A DNA stretch of 26,492 nucleotides. Source: a virus (Duplodnaviria; Caudoviricetes). Below the pieces are notes generated by a model that saw only the letters and a program-made list of their open reading frames with translations, was not told the DNA's origin and did no database searches. Of this stretch, positions 9,477-17,495 are shown in pieces. Both the position numbers and the translations under genes were made by a program. Position 1 is the first letter of the stretch; the number at the start of each line of letters is the position of its first letter. The stretch lies in the IMG/VR virus record IMGVR_UViG_3300046009_007384, positions 1-26,492 of that record; one strand, written 5' to 3'.

Positions 9477-12400
9477 ATGTCTTATTGTATAAATGTTAAT
9501 CACCCTGAGTACTTAGAGTTATTAGAAACTTCTAATTTAAAACCTGCTCTATTAAAAGCTAAGATAGCAGTATGGATGCAAGAAAACAATAGTACAGATT
9601 TTCCTACTTTAGAAGAGTTAAACGTATCTTCAGGCAGTGTAAATGCTACATTAAAAATAATTGATGCTTTAGAAAAAATCCAACGTAATGTATTTACTCA
9701 AGATAAATTACAAGGTTGGATTAACAATTTACAAAAACAAGGTGTTTCTGCACAGCAAATAGAATTATTTAAAGAGGTTGTTAAACCAGGAATGACTAGA
9801 GATGAAATAGCTACTTCTATTGCTGCTAATTATAGTTATACTGTTGAGATTAATACTGCTACTAAAGATGTTACAAAAGAAATTAATCAAAGATTAGATT
9901 CTTCAGAAGAAGAATATAATTCAATTAAAGCTGAGGAAGTTAAATTATTAAATTCGCCTGGTATTACTGAAACTTTTTATAAAACTTTTGGAAATAACAC
10001 GTACACTAAAACTATTACAACAAATCCTATAACAGGAAAAGAAGAAAAACCACAATATTTTATTTCTTCTAAAACAGTAAAACAAACTGATTACTACTCT
10101 AACCTAACAGTTCCAGGTGGAACTAACTATACAGAACAAGAAATAGCTACACCTGCTATTACACCTTCTATAAAAGGACATGCACAATTTGCTACAGATA
10201 AGGGTATTGGTTGGTTCAGAAGTGATGCTAAACAAGATTCTATTTTACAATGGGGAATATATACACCTGAAAATGAATTATTAGCAAGTTTTAAAACTGA
10301 GCAAGAAGCTAAAGAATTTAACAATAAAAGAAAAGATAAAGGTTGGAATCAAGTTGCTTATATAGATACTAATATAAAAGAAACTAAAACTCGTAGAATA
10401 CTAGAAGTACAATCTGATTTATTTCAGAAAGGTAGAGATAAAGATAATTTAGTAGCTGGAAATTTACAGTCTTTTGAAGAAAAAGAATTTAGATACAAAG
10501 ATACTGAAGGTTCATTAAATATGTTAGTAAGAAGTAGAAATGAAAATGGAAACTTAAAAATAGAATCAAAAGGAGCAGATGGAAGTTGGGAAATTTTAGG
10601 AAAGGATGTTTTTACAGGTGAAATAGAATTACAAAGATTTAAAGATTTTATAGAGAAAGAAATTAATGTTAAAAAAGAAAATGTAAGCTCTAATCAATTC
10701 CTACAACTACTAAACAAAGACAATAACTGGGTAACATTCTTTGTTAAATCTATTATTCAAGATAGTGCTAAGAAAGGATATGAGAAGGTGTTATTTCCAA
10801 GACTTGATACTATTATACAAATAGAAAGTGCTGGTAAATTTAAAACTTATGAAGAAGCTGAAAAACATTATAAAAATGAAAAATGGTATGAAGAAGATAC
10901 AAAATTAAGACAAGTTTTAGCAGCAGCTTTGAATAAACCTAAAGAAGAGCAAAATTTAGAACATATTTTAAGATTAAAAGGACAAATTGCAGCTAATCAA
11001 CCAAAACTTTTAAACACTGCTAAATTTTATGAAAATGATTTAACTAATGTTCTTTCTAAACAAGGATATAATCCTACTTTAATTACTGATGAACATGGTA
11101 ATACATGGAATGAGGTAGAAGTAAAAGAAGAACAAGCTACTAATACTATTTTTTACCAAAAAGATGAAGCTAAATTCTACCAACAAAAAGCTAAAGATAT
11201 TTTCTTTAACGAAGTAAGAGGTAAGCAATTAAGTAACAATGATATAATAAATATCAATAGTAAGTTAAGAAAGTTATCAGACCAAATAGGAGACGCTACT
11301 TGGAGTTTAAGAATGAGTCAAAATACTGGGAACTATTATATTGCAGGTTACGGAAATAAATCTGTAACAAGGGACGATTACTATTCTCCGTATGCAGGTG
11401 GAATGTTTAGACAGCGTACTACAAAAAGTTTAGAGTCAAGAGTAGAAGAGTTAGATAAAAAGTTAATGTCTTGGGCAAAGAAACACGGTATTTCTGTAGA
11501 AGCTCTAAAAGCAGTAATGGAGAAGTTTCCTGATAGATATGATGGTACAGCTTTAGGTATTGCTGATTTTGCTAAGAACTTAATTGCTATTGGTGATGGA
11601 GCTCGTATAGACACTTTACCTGAAGAAGTAGCACATTTTGCTATCGAATTACTAATCAAAGACCCTACTGTTGTACAAGCATTAGAAGAAGTTGTTAATA
11701 CACCTGAATACGCAGAGGTTAAAGAAGACTACAAAGATATTTACGAAGAGGAAATAGACTTTAGAAAAGAGGCTCTAGGTAAGATACTAGCACAAGAAAT
11801 AGTTACAAACTTTAAACAGGCTCAAGAAAATCCTAATAATGGTTTCTGGAGTAAAATACTTGACATTGCTAATAAGTTCTTTAACTGGGTAGGTATTAAC
11901 TTTAGTAAAAAAGCTCCTGCTAGAACTGCTATTGAAGCTGTTGTAATACCTCTAGCTAACAGCATCTTAAATCAAGAATACTTAGGCACAGCTGACAATG
12001 TAGATTTAAGTATGGAGGACTACGCTACAGAAGCTGTAAAAAGCACTGTTATTAAACCAGGAGTAGAAGAACTATTTGAGTCTAATCCTGAATTAGCTAA
12101 TCAAGTATATGAAACTTTAGGATTTAATCAATTAATTACATCAAATGATAAAATAGTATTTGGACACCCTACTATAGGAAAAAGTTTTTTAAAAAATCAA
12201 GGAGAAGATAAATTTATTTCTTTAGATGATGATTATGCTACAGAGATAAATAGTAAAGTAAAAGAGATAGCTGATAAATACAATGTAACAACTTATCAAG
12301 TTAAAGATGGTGGTACTCAAAAATGGAATAATGAGTATAATCAAATGATGCAAGAAATGTTTAATGTTGCAAAACAAAAAGCTATTTCTGAAAATAAAAC

Positions 12401-15400
12401 TTTATTTACTTCTAATACTAATTTATTAAGAAATAATGCAGAATCTTTTGATAAAGTTATAAATCTTACAGATAAAGAGTTTGAAAGAAGAATACAAGAA
12501 AGAGGTGCTAAATATGATATTAAAGAATGGAAATCTCAAATTAATGGTGCTATATCTAAACTACCTACAAATAAAGTAATAAACACTGATAAATATCTTT
12601 CTGATTTATTTATAACTCCACAACAAAAACAACAAGCTCAACAACTATACTCTCAATATCTTGATACTGTATTTACAAATTCGGTTGTAAAGGATATTGT
12701 TTATCATGGAAGCCCAAGTAAGCATGATGTTTTTAAAACTATTGATGAAAATGCCAAAGAAGAAAGATTTAAACATACAGGAGCAATGTTTACATCTGAC
12801 AAAAATTATGTAAATGCTTTTGGTGAAAATCTGTATAGTGTAGTTTTAAATATTAAAAACCCAGTAATACTTTCTGATAATACAGGAATTAATTCAACTT
12901 TTGTTGCTACTCAGTATTATTCAAAATGGAAATCTGAACATAAAGATGGAGTTATTGGTCATGATGCTTTATTAGATTTAGACCATATTAGCGAAGGTAA
13001 TGAATATGTAGTATTTGAACCAAAACAAATACATATTCTAGGTTCTAAACAAGATATAGAAGGATTTAAAACATTTGTTAATACTCCTAATCAAAAAAAG
13101 AATAAAATACTTTATCAAGTAACTCCTAATGCTCAACCTGTTAGCAATAGTAATGTAGAACAAAAGAAAAAGTTCTTAGAAGAAGTAGTACTAAAATTAA
13201 CAAGCAGGGTTAATAGGTTTAAAAATACTGCTAAGTCACAAACAGAGATTGCAGCTCTTACTATAGAAATAGAGAAATTACAAAAACTAGTAGCTCAATC
13301 TGAGTTTGATTTAGGTATTAGTAGTTTTGCCCAATTAGCTAGTAAAGAGCTAGATAGTATCTTAGCATACCTAAACAAGTCTTTAAAAAATAAAACTCTT
13401 AATGGAGAGAAACTAGGATTAGCTCAAGAATTTGAAGAGGTATATACTTCTTTGTTCTTAGAACTAAAACAAAGTATGTATGAGTATGAGTTTGAAGAAG
13501 ATGATATTGAAGCCTTAACAGCCATCATAGACAACGTAGAGAACAAACTTAAGCAAGCAGAAGCGATGACTAAGACTCTGAGAAAGATGCTTTCAAAACG
13601 AGTACTTGAAAAAGGTAATTTAAATGCTTACGGAGAAAAGATTGACCCTAATTTTAATGCTGACGAAATTGTTGAGGCTACTGATGAAGATATGAGCTCG
13701 TGGAGACTTTGGTTAGGTAACTACAAGTTTTCTAATTCAGGTATTATACGAACTGCCCACAAGATAATTTTTGATTCTATTGCTAAAGTAAAACGTTTTA
13801 CTGTTCAAACAGGTAACGAAATACTACAAGCACAAGAAAAGTTCTTAAAAGCTGGTTACAAAATAGATGAGTTAGTACAGAAAGATAAAGACGGTAAACC
13901 TACTCAATACTTTGTAAGAGAAATTAACTACAGCTCCTACTACGCTGCTATACAAGAAACAAAAGCAAATATAGCTAAAGCATTAGGAAGAGATGACTAC
14001 AGTCTTATTCAAGTTTCTTTATTAGAAAAAGATGAAAAAGATGTTTACAATAAGTTTTGGAGTGAGTTTTTTAAAAACAATACTAAAAAAGTTACCAATG
14101 TAAACCCTGATGGGACTGTAAGTGAAGCTAGAATGCCTAGTGATAAGTATTTAGAAAAAGACTTCTTAAAGAAAATGGAAGACCCTAGCTTTAGTGAGTA
14201 CTACAACTTAATAATTGCTAAAAAGAGAGAAGCTGTTAACAAACTACCTGTCCAATATAGAACTGAAAACTTAGTATATAGTTTACCTGCAATAAGAAAA
14301 AGTTTCTTAGAACGTATTGGAAGTAAAGACCAAAGCTACTTATCTAAGATAAAAGGAATTACTAAAGAATCTTTCTTTGTAGACCAAGATGATACTATTT
14401 TTGGAGACTTACAAGCTCTTAACAACAAAATGGTTCCTATCCACTTTACTAGAAAGTTTGATAATATAAGTGACTTATCTTTTGATATAGCTAGAACAGT
14501 TACTTTGTTTGCAGAAATGGCTGAAAACTATAAAGAGATGAATGCTATCTCTGGTGATTTAACTGCTGTACAAAGTACCTTAGCTGAAAGAAAGTATGGT
14601 AAGAAAAAAGGTATCCAAAGTGCTGATTATGAAGCATTAGAAACAATGCTAGATACTCACGTATTTGGTGTAGAAAAGAAAAATGTAAACTTTACAATAC
14701 CTGAAAACGATTTTACTAAGAAAATAGGAATTGACAATAAACAATTTTCTTGGACAAAAGCTTCTCAAAGATTTACTTCTTTTATTCGTACAAACAACTT
14801 AGCATTTAACGTTGCAACAAGTGTATCAGGTTGGTTAAAAGGTTCAGGAGACAGTATAATAGAAGACCAAATTGGTATCTATACTACTAATGAAAGCAAG
14901 AATTGGTCTAGAGTAGAGTTTATGAAGAATATCGCTCACGTAATGGGCGAGATAGGTAAACCTAAGCAGACTAATAAAATGCATCTTATTCTTCAAGAAA
15001 ATGAGATAGTAGATATTAACAGAATGCTTTTTGAAACTACTAAAAATAGAGTAACAAGAAAAACCCTAAATAGAGATGTTTTTTATGTAACTTTTGCTAG
15101 TGGTGATTACGGATTAAAAGGTAGAGCTACTTTAGCAGTTTACGATAACCATAGATTGTATAACGACCAGTTTATAACTAGAGCTAAGTTCTATGAGAAA
15201 ACTGCAAAAGAAAAAGGAGTTACTAACGATAAGAAACACCAAAAAGAAGTAGGCAAACAGTGGGAAAGCTTAAGAGAAAAAAGCTTATACAATGCTTACG
15301 AAGTAGTAGACAGTAAGTTAAAAATAAAAGATGAGTTTGCTCCTTATATTCCTGATGCTCTAGCCAATAGTATAAAAGGTAAAGTAGAGCATTTAGCCAA

Positions 15401-16253
15401 CTATTTAGACGGTACGTTGTCTCCAACAGATAAAGGTAAACTTTCTAGAGGTATAGCAGGAGATTTCTTACTAATGCATAGAGGTTGGTTTATCGGAATG
15501 ATGGATACTAGGCTTAAAAGAAATAATATTAATATGATTTCTGAAGAAGAAGAAGTAGGGACTTATAGAGCTACAGGTTCTTTTTTAGTAGAAGCGTTTA
15601 AACAAAGTTTAGTAAAAGATAAAAACCTAAAAGGTGCTATAGTAGCTTGGAATAATCTAAGTGACCCTTATAAAAGAGGGGTTATGAAAACTGCTTTAGA
15701 CTTGTTGTACCTAAACATAGCTGCACTTGCTGCTGCAATATTTAACGCAGCTGCAGATAATGCAGATGATGATGACTTTACTCTTCAATACACTGCTTAT
15801 CAATTAAACAGATTACTATTGGAACAAGGAGCTGCTTGGTCACCTGCAGAGTTAATCCAAATGATTGATGAGCCTGTAGTAGGAGCTAGATTTATTAAAG
15901 ATATAGTAGATGTAACAGAGGCATTTAACTTTGGAGAAGTTTACAAAGCAGGTATGTACGAAGACAAATCTCACGCTAGAAAATGGTGGATGAAAAAACT
16001 TCCTACTCGTAATCTTTACGAACTACAGTTTCCTGAATTAAAAAATAAGTTTATTAAAAACTTAGTAGACTCTCATTACTACGAATACTTTAGTGATGAA
16101 CAAAAACATTCTATCGTATCTAAAAAGTCTATGTTTGATTGGTTAATACCTTTTAATGAAGGCTACAGTGAAGAGTTACAACAGAATAACGTGCGTCAAG
16201 TAGTAAACTATTTAGAAGAAGATAATCAAGAAGAGTACAATGAATTTAACTAA
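9477..16253 (+). CDS. Large polyvalent virion/ejection protein: EVQSD-type module, degenerate zincin, P-loop domain, ADP-ribosyltransferase-like domain, helical C-terminal body
   Basis: ATG at 9477 (context aattATG, as for the RNAP gene) is preferred over the overlapping TTG at 9456. Motifs: RILEVQSD ~10395-10418, EEVAH 11622-11636, GHPTIGKS 12162-12185, VYHG...FTSD...EYVVF 12699-13016, hydrophobic helix 15702-15755. Position after the RNAP matches the crAss-like giant cargo-protein block. Confidence 0.75.
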   Translation: MSYCINVNHPEYLELLETSNLKPALLKAKIAVWMQENNSTDFPTLEELNVSSGSVNATLKIIDALEKIQRNVFTQDKLQGWINNLQKQGVSAQQIELFKEVVKPGMTRDEIATSIAANYSYTVEINTATKDVTKEINQRLDSSEEEYNSIKAEEVKLLNSPGITETFYKTFGNNTYTKTITTNPITGKEEKPQYFISSKTVKQTDYYSNLTVPGGTNYTEQEIATPAITPSIKGHAQFATDKGIGWFRSDAKQDSILQWGIYTPENELLASFKTEQEAKEFNNKRKDKGWNQVAYIDTNIKETKTRRILEVQSDLFQKGRDKDNLVAGNLQSFEEKEFRYKDTEGSLNMLVRSRNENGNLKIESKGADGSWEILGKDVFTGEIELQRFKDFIEKEINVKKENVSSNQFLQLLNKDNNWVTFFVKSIIQDSAKKGYEKVLFPRLDTIIQIESAGKFKTYEEAEKHYKNEKWYEEDTKLRQVLAAALNKPKEEQNLEHILRLKGQIAANQPKLLNTAKFYENDLTNVLSKQGYNPTLITDEHGNTWNEVEVKEEQATNTIFYQKDEAKFYQQKAKDIFFNEVRGKQLSNNDIININSKLRKLSDQIGDATWSLRMSQNTGNYYIAGYGNKSVTRDDYYSPYAGGMFRQRTTKSLESRVEELDKKLMSWAKKHGISVEALKAVMEKFPDRYDGTALGIADFAKNLIAIGDGARIDTLPEEVAHFAIELLIKDPTVVQALEEVVNTPEYAEVKEDYKDIYEEEIDFRKEALGKILAQEIVTNFKQAQENPNNGFWSKILDIANKFFNWVGINFSKKAPARTAIEAVVIPLANSILNQEYLGTADNVDLSMEDYATEAVKSTVIKPGVEELFESNPELANQVYETLGFNQLITSNDKIVFGHPTIGKSFLKNQGEDKFISLDDDYATEINSKVKEIADKYNVTTYQVKDGGTQKWNNEYNQMMQEMFNVAKQKAISENKTLFTSNTNLLRNNAESFDKVINLTDKEFERRIQERGAKYDIKEWKSQINGAISKLPTNKVINTDKYLSDLFITPQQKQQAQQLYSQYLDTVFTNSVVKDIVYHGSPSKHDVFKTIDENAKEERFKHTGAMFTSDKNYVNAFGENLYSVVLNIKNPVILSDNTGINSTFVATQYYSKWKSEHKDGVIGHDALLDLDHISEGNEYVVFEPKQIHILGSKQDIEGFKTFVNTPNQKKNKILYQVTPNAQPVSNSNVEQKKKFLEEVVLKLTSRVNRFKNTAKSQTEIAALTIEIEKLQKLVAQSEFDLGISSFAQLASKELDSILAYLNKSLKNKTLNGEKLGLAQEFEEVYTSLFLELKQSMYEYEFEEDDIEALTAIIDNVENKLKQAEAMTKTLRKMLSKRVLEKGNLNAYGEKIDPNFNADEIVEATDEDMSSWRLWLGNYKFSNSGIIRTAHKIIFDSIAKVKRFTVQTGNEILQAQEKFLKAGYKIDELVQKDKDGKPTQYFVREINYSSYYAAIQETKANIAKALGRDDYSLIQVSLLEKDEKDVYNKFWSEFFKNNTKKVTNVNPDGTVSEARMPSDKYLEKDFLKKMEDPSFSEYYNLIIAKKREAVNKLPVQYRTENLVYSLPAIRKSFLERIGSKDQSYLSKIKGITKESFFVDQDDTIFGDLQALNNKMVPIHFTRKFDNISDLSFDIARTVTLFAEMAENYKEMNAISGDLTAVQSTLAERKYGKKKGIQSADYEALETMLDTHVFGVEKKNVNFTIPENDFTKKIGIDNKQFSWTKASQRFTSFIRTNNLAFNVATSVSGWLKGSGDSIIEDQIGIYTTNESKNWSRVEFMKNIAHVMGEIGKPKQTNKMHLILQENEIVDINRMLFETTKNRVTRKTLNRDVFYVTFASGDYGLKGRATLAVYDNHRLYNDQFITRAKFYEKTAKEKGVTNDKKHQKEVGKQWESLREKSLYNAYEVVDSKLKIKDEFAPYIPDALANSIKGKVEHLANYLDGTLSPTDKGKLSRGIAGDFLLMHRGWFIGMMDTRLKRNNINMISEEEEVGTYRATGSFLVEAFKQSLVKDKNLKGAIVAWNNLSDPYKRGVMKTALDLLYLNIAALAAAIFNAAADNADDDDFTLQYTAYQLNRLLLEQGAAWSPAELIQMIDEPVVGARFIKDIVDVTEAFNFGEVYKAGMYEDKSHARKWWMKKLPTRNLYELQFPELKNKFIKNLVDSHYYEYFSDEQKHSIVSKKSMFDWLIPFNEGYSEELQQNNVRQVVNYLEEDNQEEYNEFN
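12126..12611 (+). other. P-loop kinase/NTPase-like domain inside the polyvalent protein
   Basis: Hydrophobic strand plus Walker A (IVFGHPTIGKS), then FISLDDD, and a later ERRIQERG lid-like motif, as in nucleotide-kinase-type P-loops. Confidence 0.65.
12690..13080 (+). other. ADP-ribosyltransferase-like domain (ART-PolyVal type) inside the polyvalent protein
   Basis: Pattern VYHGS ... GAMFTSD ... LNIKNP ... DGVI ... EYVVFEPKQI matches the strand-1 His, FT/S and terminal Glu layout of ART domains in phage polyvalent proteins. Confidence 0.7.
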
Positions 16254-16338
16254 TACCGCCAAATTTTTTTCTAAAGGTGGACCTTTTTTAATTTTTTTTT
16301 ATACTTTTACCCTACTTCATTTTTATTTGATTTGTACT

Positions 16339-16389
16339 TAAACTGAATTGCACCCACTCTCACTCTCGCTTCCCTTCGCTTTCAGTTTA
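16339..16389. repeat. 9-bp inverted repeat enclosing a 33-nt pyrimidine-rich loop
   Basis: TAAACTGAA (16339-16347) / TTCAGTTTA (16381-16389) around TTGCACCCACTCTCACTCTCGCTTCCCTTCGCT. Confidence 0.6.
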
Positions 16390-16390
16390 T

Positions 16391-16426
16391 AAATACCCGT
16401 AGAGCCATGCTACGGGTATTTTTTTT
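16391..16426 (+). terminator. Intrinsic terminator, probably bidirectional, between the convergent transcription units
   Basis: Perfect 12-bp stem AAATACCCGTAG (16391-16402) / CTACGGGTATTT (16410-16421) with a 7-nt loop and a T8 run at 16419-16426. It abuts the stop codon of the last minus-strand gene; the minus-strand U-tract is weaker. Confidence 0.85.
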
Positions 16427-16763
16427 AATACGCTAAAGGGTCTAAAATAAACTCTTCTTTTTTTAATAAAGTTTCTAACTCATCTTCTTCTTCTGCAGTT
16501 AACTCACTAGCTTCTAACGGTCTAAATCTTGAAGTACGAAATGCAGGCTCTTGTTCTCTACCTAACAAGTATATATAGATTATAGGGTTTACTAGTTCTT
16601 CTAATAAGATTCCTGGAACTATATCATCATTAGGCAAGATTTCTCTTACTGTGTACACACTGTCTTTCTTTATCCAATTAGGATAAGCATACCCTACAAA
16701 ACCTAATCTGCCTGGTCTTATGCTATCATCTATGCACACAACTTTTTGTCCTACCTCAATCAT
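16425..16763 (-). CDS. Hypothetical phage protein (possible small beta-barrel, acidic tail)
   Basis: 112 aa. VGQKVVCID...YTVREI...FRTSRFRP pattern is common in small phage proteins. ATGA overlap with the upstream gene. Confidence 0.7.
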   Translation of the reverse strand: MIEVGQKVVCIDDSIRPGRLGFVGYAYPNWIKKDSVYTVREILPNDDIVPGILLEELVNPIIYIYLLGREQEPAFRTSRFRPLEASELTAEEEDELETLLKKEEFILDPLAY

Positions 16764-16942
16764 ACTATTTCTTTTTCTTTAAGTACTAATTCATATTTTT
16801 TACCATCTTTTGTAGTAATTGTGCCGTTAAAATCAATATCTCGAACTTCTTTATAAATATCAGTGTGATGTATTTTCAATTCTTTACAGACAGCTTGTCT
16901 ACAAATATGACCTACTATTCCATTTAATTTATACGCATTCAT
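16760..16942 (-). CDS. Hypothetical protein
   Basis: 60 aa, with 4-nt ATGA overlaps on both sides (translational coupling). Confidence 0.7.
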   Translation of the reverse strand: MNAYKLNGIVGHICRQAVCKELKIHHTDIYKEVRDIDFNGTITTKDGKKYELVLKEKEIV

Positions 16943-17166
16943 ACTATTTCTTTTAAAGTTTTATAACTAAACTCTGCTTTGTAAGAATAGAGTTCTTTAA
17001 AGGTTTCTTCAGCCATTTTAGCATCGCCTTTTATTCTTTCATCAGCTTTTGTAAAAATATCATTTTTAGTTACAATAAGCACAACCCAACCATTAAAAAA
17101 ATCTTGATAATCTTTAAGCAATACGTAATGTGTACTATCACTTTTTATACATGGGAACTTCTTCAT
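16939..17166 (-). CDS. Hypothetical protein
   Basis: Fills the operon gap and has an ATGA overlap with the next gene. The second ATG (17166, MKKFPC) follows an A-rich leader and reduces the overlap; the track start at 17199 is the alternative. Confidence 0.6.
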   Translation of the reverse strand: MKKFPCIKSDSTHYVLLKDYQDFFNGWVVLIVTKNDIFTKADERIKGDAKMAEETFKELYSYKAEFSYKTLKEIV

Positions 17167-17494
17167 TATTTTTAATTTTTTCTTTAATACTTGCTTCACA
17201 AAGAATTAGATAGTTTATTAAATCTCCTATTTTTTCGTCTACAGCTTTTTCTTTAGGAAGGACTCCTTTTTCTATGTCATTTAAAATGTCTAACAATGAT
17301 ACATAGTGCTTAACAGCAAATCCCCAAAGAGCTTTTTCTTCAGTAGTATTATTAACTTTAGCTGCCACTCTGAAATTATGGAGAGGATCGTTGTTCCTTC
17401 TATACTCTTTGCCTTTCTCAATTAAACTGTCTACAATTTTACTTGTCCTTGTTGAAACTAAAAAGTCAAACTCTTCTTCTGTCATTTTTTTCAT
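17138..17494 (-). CDS. DUF1599 / nucleotide-modification-associated domain 1-like protein (all-alpha, MazG-related)
   Basis: 118 aa with the pattern KGKEY...DPLHNF ... KH ... DEKIGDLINYLIL. Confidence 0.6.
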   Translation of the reverse strand: MKKMTEEEFDFLVSTRTSKIVDSLIEKGKEYRRNNDPLHNFRVAAKVNNTTEEKALWGFAVKHYVSLLDILNDIEKGVLPKEKAVDEKIGDLINYLILCEASIKEKIKNNEEVPMYKK

Positions 17495-17495
17495 A

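Noticed and set aside
12612-12660. CAA-rich stretch as tandem repeat or slippage site
   Set aside because: Explained by Gln codons in QQKQQAQQ; imperfect and in frame.
264-15426. Short minus-strand ORFs inside the two giant genes and alternative-frame ORF 2963-3196
   Set aside because: Shadow ORFs of long coding frames; no motifs or plausible start contexts.
9477-16253. Diversity-generating retroelement target explaining the mosaic gene
   Set aside because: No reverse transcriptase or template/variable repeat pair is visible in the window.
16254-16424. tRNA, CRISPR array or Bacteroidota TAnnTTTG promoter in the intergenic gap
   Set aside because: No cloverleaf, no spaced direct repeats and no exact promoter match seen; the gap lies between convergent 3' ends.
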